Assembly: GCF_053078305.1 (NCBI RefSeq)
Contig: NZ_CP166879.1
Direction: 5' to 3' (one strand)
Length of the DNA: 64,000 bases
Numbering within the stretch: the first letter of the stretch is position 1; each line of letters begins with the position of its first letter. Positions 7,826 to 19,948 of the stretch are shown here, piece by piece. The notes under the pieces are model-generated. The model searched no databases. It had not been told where the DNA came from and was given only the letters and a program-made list of their open reading frames with translations. The position numbers were made by a program, and so were the translations under genes.

Positions 7826-8029
7826 TTATTCCTGCTGATAACGCTCCTCTACTTTCTTCTCAAGCCATGATTTCACCTCATCCTCAAACCAGCCAACGCG
7901 GCGTAATCCACGCTTAAAACCAGGAATAAATTCACCAGCCTTAACCATTGTGTCAATGCTCGTTGTACTAAGGCGAAGAAGATTTGCGACTTCTCGTTTT
8001 GTAAGGATTTTCTTTTCTGTAATGTTCAT
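7826..8029 (-). CDS. alpA: AlpA-family phage regulatory protein (HTH)
   Basis: 67-aa ORF. LTKREVANLLRLSTTSIDTMVKAGEFIPGFKRG is the typical AlpA/excisionase-like HTH, a hallmark of P4-like and PICI elements. Confidence 0.8.
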   Translation of the reverse strand: MNITEKKILTKREVANLLRLSTTSIDTMVKAGEFIPGFKRGLRRVGWFEDEVKSWLEKKVEERYQQE

Positions 8030-8120
8030 ACTTTGCGTTCCTTTTGTTTCAGGCGCTAACTTGCCTAAACTTGTTCAAGGATATGCAAACACGGTAAAAG
8101 CTGGCATTGCGGAATATTAC

Positions 8121-8146
8121 GAAAAAAGCCCGTAATATTACGGGCG
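8121..8146 (-). terminator. Rho-independent terminator ending the int-orf298 transcription unit
   Basis: Perfect 18-bp palindrome gcccgtaatattacgggc, followed on the minus strand by TTTTTT. Confidence 0.65.
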
Positions 8147-8166
8147 GTCATATGTTCAGAAGTCTG

Positions 8167-9063
8167 TCAGTCGTCAACGTCTGCAAGCCACTTACCTATG
8201 CATGTTGGTGTGGCACCGATATCAACGCCTGCTTTGGTTAGTGCGCGGCTTAACTTGCTGTGACCGTTTTCAAGCGCCCTTCGTGGGTTTGACGCCTCTT
8301 CTTCTCCGGCTATAGCGGTGATTAGTCTTTTGATAACTCTGGCCTGAAGATTGGTTGTTTTCTTTGATGGGGGTGGTTTATTGATGTTTAATTCATCCAT
8401 GTTTTCAATAGAAGCGGTACGCCCTCCGTTTATGGCTAAATCTATCTCACTTCTGGAAATAAAAATATCGTTACGTGATATATCCCATCCCTGTAATAAA
8501 ATCGCAGCTTTAAAATCATCCTCGTCATCGTTATCGATTATCTGAATGTATTTAGTATTTGTTGTATCGTGAAATGATAATCTTTCAATGTCTGCGCTGT
8601 TAGCCTTTACATTAAGCAATCCATCAGCTTTAACATATATTTCTTTTGCGGGTGTTATTATTTGTGCGTTTTTTATCTCTGGCTCATCTTCAGCAAAAAT
8701 ATTCATGCTGAAATAATCACCATATGATGAGTAATGATAGTTTATGTTGAGTCCTGCATGTGCATAATAAAAAACATCTATTGGAGTGAGTAGCTTATTT
8801 ATAGATGTGGCATCAATGATTACATTGCAATATTCATTTGTGTAATGCTGGTATAATGTTTTATTAGCACTGATAAGCTCAGGCTTTACCCCTTCATAAT
8901 ACTTTAATGTCAGTTTTTCATTTATATTAATGCGATACAAAAAACGCATCCTCCTCGTAGCGATGAAATGAAGCAAATCATCAACGTCACACTCAAGCCT
9001 TCTGGCTGCCTTGTCTAACGGGTAATAATCCCTTTCAGGAAGGTTTATTTTTTTGTTTGCCAT
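8167..9063 (-). CDS. AT-rich cargo gene of unknown function (298 aa) with an N-terminal HTH-like segment
   Basis: It lies immediately downstream of int, 5 nt apart, in the same transcription unit. Its GC content is much lower than that of its neighbours. PLDKAARRLECDVDDLLHFIATRRMRF looks like an Xis/MerR-type HTH. No other recognisable domain was found. Confidence 0.5.
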   Translation of the reverse strand: MANKKINLPERDYYPLDKAARRLECDVDDLLHFIATRRMRFLYRININEKLTLKYYEGVKPELISANKTLYQHYTNEYCNVIIDATSINKLLTPIDVFYYAHAGLNINYHYSSYGDYFSMNIFAEDEPEIKNAQIITPAKEIYVKADGLLNVKANSADIERLSFHDTTNTKYIQIIDNDDEDDFKAAILLQGWDISRNDIFISRSEIDLAINGGRTASIENMDELNINKPPPSKKTTNLQARVIKRLITAIAGEEEASNPRRALENGHSKLSRALTKAGVDIGATPTCIGKWLADVDD

Positions 9064-9067
9064 GCCC

Positions 9068-10348
9068 TTAACCGTTAACCATTTTTAACCCACGATAGCC
9101 ACCCGTGGCGCTTACGCTCCCGCTGGCAGCTGCCTCTACAAAATCCCCCCACCACGCCATTAACGGGCGTCGCTGCTCGAGATAGGTTGAGCGGTTGTAC
9201 GCACGGCGAACCTCGTTTTTATCTATGTGTGACAATGCCGCCTCGATTACGTCAGAGTCAAAACCTTGCTCGTTAAGTGCGGTACTTGCTATTGAGCGCA
9301 AGCCATGAGCAACCAGCCGCCCACTAAAACCCATGCGTTTTATTGCTGCGTTTGCTGTTTGTACGCACATATGGCGCTGCGGGTCGCTGTTGTGTGGAAA
9401 TATAAACTCACGATGCCCGCTTATTGGCTTCATGACGTCCAGAATGGCTAACGCCTGCTTCGAGAGTGGTATTACGTGTTCCCTGCGTTGTTTAAGTCTG
9501 TGCTCTGGTATGCGCCATTCCTTCACCTCAAAATCAATTTCACACCAGCGCGCGCCAGCTGCTTCACCTGGTCGGCAAATTGTCAGTAGCTGCCACTCAA
9601 TGACCAGCCGCGTTTGTCGTTCCACCCGTGCCGTTGCCAGCTTCTGCATAAATTCGGGGAGTTCTTCAGGGCGTATTGCTGGCATGTTCTTAACGCTTGG
9701 CGCGTTAAATGCCTTGCTTATCTCTGATGCCGGATTCGCGGCAATCATTCCGGTATTAACGGCGTAATACATGACCTCATTGATTCGCTGTGCTGTCCTT
9801 CTGACGGTATCTAATTTCCCCTGGGCGGCTAATGGTTTTAATGCTTCGATGAAATTGCTTGCTATCAGGTCTGCTATTGGCCTGTTACCGACTGACGGGA
9901 ATACATTACGCTCCAGCGAACGCCATATATCGCGTAGTGTATCTTCTGCGAGTCCTTGCCCTTTTTTAAGTTCAAACCAGAGCGTAGCTACATGCCTGAA
10001 GGTGTTCTCTCTCTTCATCACTTCACTAAGGCGCTGTTTCTCTCTGTGCTCTTTTGGGTCAATGCCACCAGAAAGAAGCGCTCTGTATTCGTCTTTTATC
10101 TTTCGCGCGCCCGCAATGCTGATTTCTGGATATGCGCCAATGCTTAACATGGCCCGTTTTTTTGTGTGTGGCTTGTAGTAGCGGTAACGCCACAAGCAAG
10201 AGGCGCTTTTGTGCTTAATCACCAGTTCCAGCCCTTCGCCGTCAGTGATGAAAAGGTCCTTTTTTTCGTTGCTGGCTTTTCGCTGGAGGCTTTTTATCGT
10301 TGCGGGTGATAAAGACTTAACTTTTTTGGTCACCGGTTCAACTCCCAT
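9068..10348 (-). CDS. int: P4-type tyrosine integrase (site-specific recombinase)
   Basis: 426-aa ORF with an N-terminal DUF4102-like arm-binding region and the C-terminal catalytic motifs HGLRS and YLEQR..W...V. It lies adjacent to the tRNA 3' end. Confidence 0.85.
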   Translation of the reverse strand: MGVEPVTKKVKSLSPATIKSLQRKASNEKKDLFITDGEGLELVIKHKSASCLWRYRYYKPHTKKRAMLSIGAYPEISIAGARKIKDEYRALLSGGIDPKEHREKQRLSEVMKRENTFRHVATLWFELKKGQGLAEDTLRDIWRSLERNVFPSVGNRPIADLIASNFIEALKPLAAQGKLDTVRRTAQRINEVMYYAVNTGMIAANPASEISKAFNAPSVKNMPAIRPEELPEFMQKLATARVERQTRLVIEWQLLTICRPGEAAGARWCEIDFEVKEWRIPEHRLKQRREHVIPLSKQALAILDVMKPISGHREFIFPHNSDPQRHMCVQTANAAIKRMGFSGRLVAHGLRSIASTALNEQGFDSDVIEAALSHIDKNEVRRAYNRSTYLEQRRPLMAWWGDFVEAAASGSVSATGGYRGLKMVNG

Positions 10349-10388
10349 AAGCTGTTAAAGGCATATGCAAATCTGTGTTTTTTCCGGC

Positions 10389-10412
10389 GTATGCCTTTTT
10401 GTATGCCTTTTT
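10389..10412. repeat. Direct repeat gtatgcctttttgtatgccttttt, int-proximal copy
   Basis: Identical to the 1804-1828 copy, between the int start and the tRNA. Confidence 0.6.
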
Positions 10413-10531
10413 AATCTTGCTTATACGCTATCAAACTGGCCCAAACTGAACAATAAAAAACCCGCGTTCCTTGTCTGGCGCGGGTTTGCTTTGTTTAACT
10501 TGCCGTAACTTGTCTTTACTTGGTGTCGATT

Positions 10532-10607
10532 TGGTGGCCCCTGCTGGACTTGAACCAGCGACCAAGCGATTATGAGTCGCCTGCTCTAACCACTGAGCTA
10601 AGGGGCC
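10532..10607 (-). tRNA. ileX: tRNA-Ile2 (CAU anticodon, lysidine-modified), the integration target
   Basis: The minus strand reads GGCCCCTTAGCTCAGTGGTTAGAGCAGGCGACTCATAATCGCTTGGTCGCTGGTTCAAGTCCAGCAGGGGCCACCA. This is 76 nt with a CAT anticodon and a cloverleaf consistent with ileX. Confidence 0.9.
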
Positions 10608-10731
10608 ATGGTAGCGGATTATAAAGTAACTCCGTGTCGCAATCCAGCCATTACCGCGCGCCTGCTGTTTTTATAAACAATGTATTTTCAATCCGTTATA
10701 CTTTTCCTGATGATGTTAGAAAGGAGTAAAT

Positions 10732-11238
10732 ATGGTTGAGGATATTTTGGCTCCAGGGTTACGGGTCGTGTTTTGCGGTATCAACCCTGGGCTTTCATCC
10801 GCCGGGACTGGTTTTCCCTTTGCTCATCCGGCAAATCGCTTCTGGAAGGTGATATATCAGGCCGGGTTTACCGACCGTCAGTTGAAGCCGCAGGAGGCAC
10901 AGCATCTGCTGGATTATCGTTGTGGCGTCACCAAACTGGTAGACCGTCCAACGGTGCAAGCCAATGAAATTTCAAAGCAAGAGCTACACGCAGGTGGGCG
11001 TAAGCTGATTGAAAAAATTGAAGATTATCAGCCGCAAGCGTTGGCGATTCTGGGTAAACAAGCATATGAACAGGGATTCAGCCAGCGCGGTGCACAGTGG
11101 GGGAAACAAACGCTCAGCATTGGTTCGACGCAGATTTGGGTGCTGCCAAATCCCAGTGGTTTAAGTCGCGTTTCACTGGAGAAACTGGTTGAAGCGTATC
11201 GCGAGCTGGACCAGGCGCTGGTGGTGCGTGGGCGATAA
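10732..11238 (+). CDS. mug: G/U mismatch-specific DNA glycosylase
   Basis: 168-aa ORF with the GINPG motif, in the K-12 neighbourhood. Confidence 0.9.
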   Translation: MVEDILAPGLRVVFCGINPGLSSAGTGFPFAHPANRFWKVIYQAGFTDRQLKPQEAQHLLDYRCGVTKLVDRPTVQANEISKQELHAGGRKLIEKIEDYQPQALAILGKQAYEQGFSQRGAQWGKQTLSIGSTQIWVLPNPSGLSRVSLEKLVEAYRELDQALVVRGR

Positions 11239-11264
11239 AAAACGCCACCGAAAAGGTGGCGTTT
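11237..11264. terminator. Bidirectional rho-independent terminator shared by mug and rpoD
   Basis: Hairpin acgccacc-gaaa-aggtggcgt, flanked by A and T runs. Confidence 0.6.
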
Positions 11265-11316
11265 GTGCAAAGGGACAGGTGCCGGGTGCGGCGTAACGCC
11301 TGATCCGGCCTACCGA

Positions 11317-13158
<1,842 letters not shown>

Positions 13159-13352
13159 AAGACGGTATCCACACTTATTTCATGAGGTTGGTGTTGGGCG
13201 ATTGACCCGATGTCCTTCAGCCGTTAACGCTGAAATCCAACGGTTGTTTACCGCCAACGATAATTACGAGGGCGTACTTATATATTTGCCGCTGCCTCTC
13301 AGTGCGGCTGTCGGGGGCTTCCCGATCGCTCTTCGGCACTTAAGCCGTTAAA

Positions 13353-15098
13353 TCACTTTTTCGCCAGCTCCTGGTTTAATGTCCAGAGCTCCAGGCGTTC
13401 TTCGTTGCTTAAACCATGCGTGCGCTCACGAGCGATTAACTCTTCCTGGCGCAGTTCAAGCAGCGAATCAAACATATGGTTGAGTGAGTCGGTGAAGGTT
13501 TGCTCAGCAATATTCTTATCTGCTATATCGTCCCACATCGACAGTTTTTCAAGGGTGGCAGCATTATTTGTACCACGATAGTGCTCTAAAAGTTGCCCGG
13601 TGGTCAGACCTGGCTGGGAGAGACAAGTGTTGACCAGTTCTCTGAATAAGCCAAGTCCAGGGAGCTTATTTTCATCCAGATTCTCAAGCGGCGGGACCAA
13701 CGTCGCTAATTCTGGATTTTGCACCAGCAACCCTATAAGTATACGCATGGTCGTGCGTTTTAGCTGCGGAACAGGGCGAGAAACGCCGCTCTCTGCCGCT
13801 TTTGGCATTAATCGTTCAAGCTGGCTGTCATCAAGTATGCCTAATTTGTTGCCTAATTCCTGACGAAGATATATTCGCAGCGTTTCGCCCGGCACTTGCG
13901 ATATCAATGGCAGTGCCAGCGTACTCAAACGTGCGCGCCCGTCAGGGGTACTCAGATCAACTTGCGGCATCAGGCTGTTAAACAGAAATGCGGAGAGTGG
14001 CATCGCCTGCTCCATCCGCGCTTCAAACGCTTCTTTACCTTCTTTTCGTACCAGCGTGTCAGGGTCTTCGCCATCAGGCAAAAACATAAAGCGTAGCTGA
14101 CGGCCGTCTGTCATGTAAGGCAGCGCCGTTTCCAGCGCTCGCCATGCGGCATCACGGCCTGCACGGTCGCCGTCATAACAGCAAATGACATTGTTGGTCG
14201 CGCGGAACAACAGTTGTATGTGATCGGCGGTGGTTGACGTACCTAACGACGCAACGGCGTAATTAATGCCGTATTGCGCCAGCGCCACCACGTCCATATA
14301 GCCTTCGACCACAAGCAGACGATTGGGTTCAGCGTTATCCTGCTGCGCTTCATAAAGACCGTAAAGCTGGCGGCCTTTATGGAAAATGTCTGTTTCCGGC
14401 GAGTTCAGGTATTTGGGGGTATCGTTGCCCAGCACACGCCCGCCAAAACCAATCACCCGACCGCGTTTATCGCGAATGGGGAACATCACCCGCTCGCGGA
14501 AACGATCGTAACTGCGCCCCTGATCGTTAGTGACCAACATGCCCGCATCAATCAATGACTGGCGATTTTCTGGATTGCCGCCAAACCTCTTCAGGACGTT
14601 GTCCCAGCCGGGGGGCGCAAAACCAATCGCAAAGCGGGCGATAACCTCGTGGCTTAATCCGCGTTTTTCCAGATACTGGCGCGCAGACGTGGCAACAGGT
14701 TGCTGTAAAGATTGTTGGTAAAACGTATTCAGACCGTCCATCAACTGATAAAGCGTTTGCCGCTGATGGCGCTCGATCTGGCTGGGGCCGCTACCTGCTT
14801 CAAATGGCACTTCAAGATTGTGCATTGCTGCCAGCTCTTCGACCGTTTCGACGAACTCGAGCTTGTCGTAGTTCATCAGGAAGTCGATCGCGTTGCCGTG
14901 CGCGCCACATCCAAAGCAGTGGTAAAACTGTTTCTCACCGTTAACGGTGAAGGACGGGGTTTTCTCGTTGTGGAATGGACAACACGCGTGGAAATTCTTG
15001 CCCTGCTTTTTCAGCTTCACACGGGCATCGATCAGATCGACGATGTCGGTGCGTGCCAGCAGATCATTAATGAATACGCGTGGGATTCGTCCAGCCAT
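13353..15098 (-). CDS. dnaG: DNA primase
   Basis: 581-aa ORF with a zinc-binding CHACCPFHNEKTPSF motif and a Toprim domain. Confidence 0.97.
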   Translation of the reverse strand: MAGRIPRVFINDLLARTDIVDLIDARVKLKKQGKNFHACCPFHNEKTPSFTVNGEKQFYHCFGCGAHGNAIDFLMNYDKLEFVETVEELAAMHNLEVPFEAGSGPSQIERHQRQTLYQLMDGLNTFYQQSLQQPVATSARQYLEKRGLSHEVIARFAIGFAPPGWDNVLKRFGGNPENRQSLIDAGMLVTNDQGRSYDRFRERVMFPIRDKRGRVIGFGGRVLGNDTPKYLNSPETDIFHKGRQLYGLYEAQQDNAEPNRLLVVEGYMDVVALAQYGINYAVASLGTSTTADHIQLLFRATNNVICCYDGDRAGRDAAWRALETALPYMTDGRQLRFMFLPDGEDPDTLVRKEGKEAFEARMEQAMPLSAFLFNSLMPQVDLSTPDGRARLSTLALPLISQVPGETLRIYLRQELGNKLGILDDSQLERLMPKAAESGVSRPVPQLKRTTMRILIGLLVQNPELATLVPPLENLDENKLPGLGLFRELVNTCLSQPGLTTGQLLEHYRGTNNAATLEKLSMWDDIADKNIAEQTFTDSLNHMFDSLLELRQEELIARERTHGLSNEERLELWTLNQELAKK

Positions 15099-15208
15099 AG
15101 GCCCCGATTTTTAGCAATTCATAAACGAAAATAAGCCGCGCATTCCTTTCGGAAGCACGGCCTTACAACTACAACTCGGTCTGATCGGAGAGCAACGCTC
15201 TCGGGGAA

Positions 15209-15463
<255 letters not shown>

Positions 15464-15661
15464 TCAACGCCAGCTTATTTCAAAATGGTGCGGAATTTTA
15501 CTGCAATTGCTGCTGCTTTGTAAAGCACCGCGGCCTTTTTTGAAAGGGACTTTTATAAGGGTGAGGAGTATACACGAGGCTTTCTCCAGGGGCGAACAAA
15601 GTTTTACATCAACCCGCATTGGTCCTACACTGCGCGGTAATAAAGCGAGGTAAAACAAGTC

Positions 15662-16675
15662 ATGCGTGTACTGGGTATTGAAACTTCCTGCGATGAAACC
15701 GGCATCGCCATTTACGACGATGAAAAAGGTTTGTTAGCCAACCAATTGTATAGTCAGGTGAAATTGCACGCTGACTACGGGGGCGTTGTGCCTGAGCTGG
15801 CCTCCCGCGATCATGTGCGTAAAACCGTACCGTTGATCCAGGCGGCGCTAAAGGAGTCTGGTTTAACGGCAAAAGACATTGATGCTGTGGCCTATACCGC
15901 AGGCCCTGGATTAGTCGGCGCGCTGCTGGTTGGCGCGACCGTGGGGCGTTCTCTGGCGTTTGCCTGGGACGTTCCGGCGATCCCTGTACACCATATGGAA
16001 GGGCATCTGTTAGCGCCGATGCTGGAAGATAACCCGCCGGAATTTCCGTTTGTTGCGCTGCTGGTTTCCGGCGGTCATACGCAGTTAATCAGCGTGACTG
16101 GCATTGGTCAGTACGAGCTGCTCGGCGAGTCTATCGATGATGCCGCCGGTGAAGCGTTTGATAAAACCGCGAAGCTGCTGGGGCTGGATTATCCTGGCGG
16201 ACCGTTACTGTCGAAAATGGCGGCTCAGGGTACTGCCGGGCGCTTTGTTTTCCCGCGTCCGATGACCGACCGTCCGGGGCTGGATTTCAGCTTTTCTGGT
16301 CTGAAAACCTTTGCGGCGAACACGATTCGTGACAACGGCACCGACGACCAGACGCGTGCTGATATCGCCCGCGCCTTTGAAGATGCGGTGGTCGATACGT
16401 TGATGATTAAGTGTAAGCGTGCGCTGGATCAGACGGGCTTTAAGCGACTGGTCATGGCGGGCGGCGTGAGTGCTAACCGCACGTTACGGGCGAAGCTGGC
16501 TGAAATGATGAAAAAACGCCGCGGCGAAGTGTTCTACGCGCGTCCGGAATTTTGTACTGATAACGGCGCGATGATCGCCTATGCCGGAATGGTGCGGTTT
16601 AAAGCAGGCGCGACGGCGGATCTCGGCGTTAGCGTACGTCCGCGCTGGCCGCTGGCGGAGTTACCGGCTGCGTAA
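15662..16675 (+). CDS. tsaD: tRNA N6-threonylcarbamoyladenosine synthase TsaD (YgjD)
   Basis: 337-aa [23 protein letters not shown]..., Kae1/TsaD family. Confidence 0.95.
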
Positions 16676-16717
16676 AACTATTGGGTGCCGGAGAGCAATT
16701 TCCGGCACCGTCCTCAC

Positions 16718-18181
16718 TTAAAGCAACACCACGGGCATCCACAGTAAGCCGGTAATCACCAGCAACACGAGGAATATCAACCCAAAAATCGCCCCCAGTC
16801 GCCAGTAATCCGCCGTTGGCAGATAACCACTACCGTAGTAAATCGGACTGGGTCCGGTGGCGTATGGTGTAAGAATGCTCCCCAGACCAATTGCCGCGCC
16901 AACCATCAGGCAGAACACCGGCAGCGGGATTTCCGGCATCGCCAGCGCGGCGGCAATCATCATCGGTGCGAGGGCGGAGGTATACGCCGTGGCGCTGGCG
17001 AAAAAGTAGCGCAGTAGATAAAACACCACAATCAACGCCACCATCACCATCGTTGGCGAATAACCGCTTAAGCTGCCTGCTAACAGTTTGCCAAACCAGC
17101 TAATAAAACCGGTGTTGTTGAGTCCGGTCGCGAGGGTGATAAGCGAGGCCAGCCAGAAGAAAACGTTCCACGCCGCTTTATTACTGACAATGTCGTCCCA
17201 ACTGATAATGCGCAGAAGCAGCATCAGCGCCACCACGCTGTAACCGACCATCGCGGCATCGATATAATCACCGCCGAAAATCCACAGCACCAGCGCGCCT
17301 ACCATCAGCCCCAGCATCCGTTTTTCACGCGAACAGAGCGGGCCCATTGCCTGCAGTTCCGTCTCTGCCCAGCGCGGCACCTGATCGCCTGACTTCAGTA
17401 CAGGCGGGTACAACACGTAAGCCAGCCAGGGAATCAGCAGGACCAGTAAAATACTGAGCGGCAACATCCCGAGGAACCAGTCGCCCCAACTCAGCGTGGC
17501 GTGAGATGCACTTTTCATCAGTCCAATTAACAGCAAGTTTGGTGCCATCGCCGTCAGGAAAATGGCGCTGGTCACGCAGTCGGCAACAATCCCCATCCAC
17601 ATGATGTACGAGCCAATGCTGCGTGAACTGCTGTCGTTTGGTTGTGATTGATAGAGCGGCGGCAGGTTACGGATGATGGGATAGATAATCCCCGCACCAC
17701 GCGCCGAGTTGGACGGTGTGACAGGTGCCAGGATCAGCTCGGAGAACATCACCGCATAGCCAAGAAACAGCGTGCGATGCCCCATCTTTTTCACCAGAAT
17801 CAGCGCGATACGTCGCCCCAGCCCGGTTTTTTCATAGCCTGTGCCAAACATAAAGGCGGCGAAAATCAGCCAGATAACCGAATTAGAAAAACCGGAAACG
17901 GCCCACGAGAGGGATTTTGCAGTGAATTTAAAGCCTGGCTGAGCGAGCTGCTCCGGGCTGAACAGCAGCCAGGGAGAGAGTATGGCGATGATGGATATAC
18001 CCACCATCGCCACCACGGCACCCGGCACGGGTTCGAGGATCAGTCCAACGATTACGCCAGTAAAAACGGCAAAGTAGAGCCAGGTATGACTCTCCAGCCC
18101 TGCGGGAACCGGAATTAGAGCAATAATGGCGATGACCGCCAGCGGCGCAAGGTATCGCCACCATTCAGTGGAAGGTTTCAT
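16718..18181 (-). CDS. ttdT: L-tartrate/succinate antiporter (DASS family)
   Basis: 487-aa polytopic membrane protein downstream of ttdAB. Confidence 0.9.
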   Translation of the reverse strand: MKPSTEWWRYLAPLAVIAIIALIPVPAGLESHTWLYFAVFTGVIVGLILEPVPGAVVAMVGISIIAILSPWLLFSPEQLAQPGFKFTAKSLSWAVSGFSNSVIWLIFAAFMFGTGYEKTGLGRRIALILVKKMGHRTLFLGYAVMFSELILAPVTPSNSARGAGIIYPIIRNLPPLYQSQPNDSSSRSIGSYIMWMGIVADCVTSAIFLTAMAPNLLLIGLMKSASHATLSWGDWFLGMLPLSILLVLLIPWLAYVLYPPVLKSGDQVPRWAETELQAMGPLCSREKRMLGLMVGALVLWIFGGDYIDAAMVGYSVVALMLLLRIISWDDIVSNKAAWNVFFWLASLITLATGLNNTGFISWFGKLLAGSLSGYSPTMVMVALIVVFYLLRYFFASATAYTSALAPMMIAAALAMPEIPLPVFCLMVGAAIGLGSILTPYATGPSPIYYGSGYLPTADYWRLGAIFGLIFLVLLVITGLLWMPVVLL

Positions 18182-18228
18182 CGTGTTATGCCTGCGAAAA
18201 AGGAGAGGGGCGAGCCTCTCCGGGAGGG

Positions 18229-18834
18229 TTATTTGATGTAATGGACGTGCTCGCAGATCTCTTCCACGATGGGATCGCGGCGTTCGGCGAACAGCTTTTT
18301 GTTTTCGGCTATCAGGTTGTTGCCGTGGGTATCAATAGAGACAATCAGCGGGCCGAACTCTTTGACCCGGCAGACCCACAGTGACTCCGGCATCCCGAGT
18401 TCTGTCCAGTGCACCTCTTCAATCTCTTCCACCTGGGTTGCCGCCAGCACCGCGCAGCCTGCCGGGAAAATCACATGTAGCGCCTTGAATTTCTGGCAGC
18501 CTTCTTCGGTCAGCGGCCCCATTCCGCCTTTGCCGACCACCAGTTTCACGCCGGTCTGCTCGATAAATTCACGTTCAAAACTTTCCATACGCATACTGGT
18601 TGTCGGACCGACGGAAACCATCTCCCATTTGTCGCCGTTTTTGCGCACGATGGGGCCAGCGTGGAAAATCGCTTTGCCGTTGAGATCGTAAGGGATCGGA
18701 CGTTTCAGTTCGATCAATCGGCGGTGACAAACGTCACGGCAGGTCACCAGCGTACCGGTCAGATAGATCACATCGCCGACGTGAATATCTTGCAGATCTT
18801 CAGCTTTGATCGGGGTTGTCAGGATCTTTTTCAT
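18229..18834 (-). CDS. ttdB: L(+)-tartrate dehydratase beta subunit
   Basis: 201-aa ORF, fumarate-hydratase class I C-terminal-like. Confidence 0.9.
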   Translation of the reverse strand: MKKILTTPIKAEDLQDIHVGDVIYLTGTLVTCRDVCHRRLIELKRPIPYDLNGKAIFHAGPIVRKNGDKWEMVSVGPTTSMRMESFEREFIEQTGVKLVVGKGGMGPLTEEGCQKFKALHVIFPAGCAVLAATQVEEIEEVHWTELGMPESLWVCRVKEFGPLIVSIDTHGNNLIAENKKLFAERRDPIVEEICEHVHYIK

Positions 18835-19742
18835 AACGCGCTCCGGGTGTGAGACAGATTTTCAAAGGTGAGATCGGCATGAACTCGCAGTGTGCCGCGA
18901 CGATGCGCCCAGCAGCCGGTAGAAACAGCAACGCCGATGGTTGACGGATGGCGGGCGGCAGATTCGATATGCACGCCCATCACTGAACTGTTGCCAGTCA
19001 GCCCTTGTGGACCAATCCCCAGACGGTTGAGTCCTTCTTCCAGGCGTAGCTCCAGCTCTGCCGCTTTTGGATTGGGGTGGCGGCTGCCAATCGGGCGCAA
19101 AATGGCTTTACGCGAGAGTACGGCGGCGGTTTCCACCGAGGTGGCGATGCCCACGCCCACCAGTACCGGTGGACAGGCGTTTACGGCGAGGGTGGAGATA
19201 TTTTCGAAGACGAATTTCACTACGCCTTCGTAGCCTTCTGACGGCATTAACACTTTCGAGCGGCCAGGTAGCGTGCAGCCGCCGCCTGCCATGTAAACTT
19301 CGATTTCCGCATCGTCACCGTCGGGGACGATATCCCAGGTGACCCACGGTACGCCGCTGCCGGTATTTTTGCCTGTGTTCACTTCGTCAAAAATTTCTAC
19401 CGCATTGTGACGTAGTGGCGCTTTGACGGTTGCCTCTTCCACGGCTTGTTTGAGTATGCTTTGCAGCTCGCCAAGCAGTGGGAAGCGGGAACCGACTTTA
19501 ACGAAGAACATAATCTCCCCGGTGTCCTGACAGGCAGGACGATTCAGGTCAATCGCTTTTTGCATGTTGTCGAACATCGTATGGTAGATAATTTTCCCCA
19601 TCGACGACGTTTCGGCATCCTTTAGCTGTTTTAGTTTATCCACCACGTCATCAGGCATTCGGGTAGAAATCATGGCGGTAAAGTTAGCGACAATCTCCGT
19701 CAACTTATTCACTGCCTGTTGCTTATTACTTTCGCTCATCAT
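18831..19742 (-). CDS. ttdA: L(+)-tartrate dehydratase alpha subunit
   Basis: 303 aa when started at MMSESNKQQ. The ORF-track entry extends 18 codons further upstream to 19796. TtdA is 303 aa, as recalled. Confidence 0.9.
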   Translation of the reverse strand: MMSESNKQQAVNKLTEIVANFTAMISTRMPDDVVDKLKQLKDAETSSMGKIIYHTMFDNMQKAIDLNRPACQDTGEIMFFVKVGSRFPLLGELQSILKQAVEEATVKAPLRHNAVEIFDEVNTGKNTGSGVPWVTWDIVPDGDDAEIEVYMAGGGCTLPGRSKVLMPSEGYEGVVKFVFENISTLAVNACPPVLVGVGIATSVETAAVLSRKAILRPIGSRHPNPKAAELELRLEEGLNRLGIGPQGLTGNSSVMGVHIESAARHPSTIGVAVSTGCWAHRRGTLRVHADLTFENLSHTRSAL

Positions 19743-19948
19743 GGCAACTCCAGTTTCTGTATTTGTCTGGAAAAATTCACCGCCACAAACTACCACTAAA
19801 AATGTGGTTTTATATTTTTTGCCACCGTGAATATGTAATTAACAGTTCGTGAATCAACGCGAAAATAAGTATGAATATTGCGCCAGAGCAGGGAATGGCA
19901 ATGTTTTGCGAAATACACTGCGCTTATCACAACTGCGGATAATTAACG

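Larger units (their letters stand above)
1731..10531. mobile_element. P4/PICI-like integrative genomic island inserted at the 3' end of ileX (about 8.8 kb)
   Basis: A P4-type tyrosine integrase lies adjacent to the 3' end of the tRNA. An AlpA regulator, a replication protein with iterons, an SSB and phage-type regulators follow. A degenerate copy of the tRNA 3' end (tggccctgctgtctttgaact, about 17/22 match) at 1731-1751 forms a likely distal att remnant. A 24-bp direct repeat occurs at both ends. Part of the island has atypical AT-rich composition. Confidence 0.75.
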
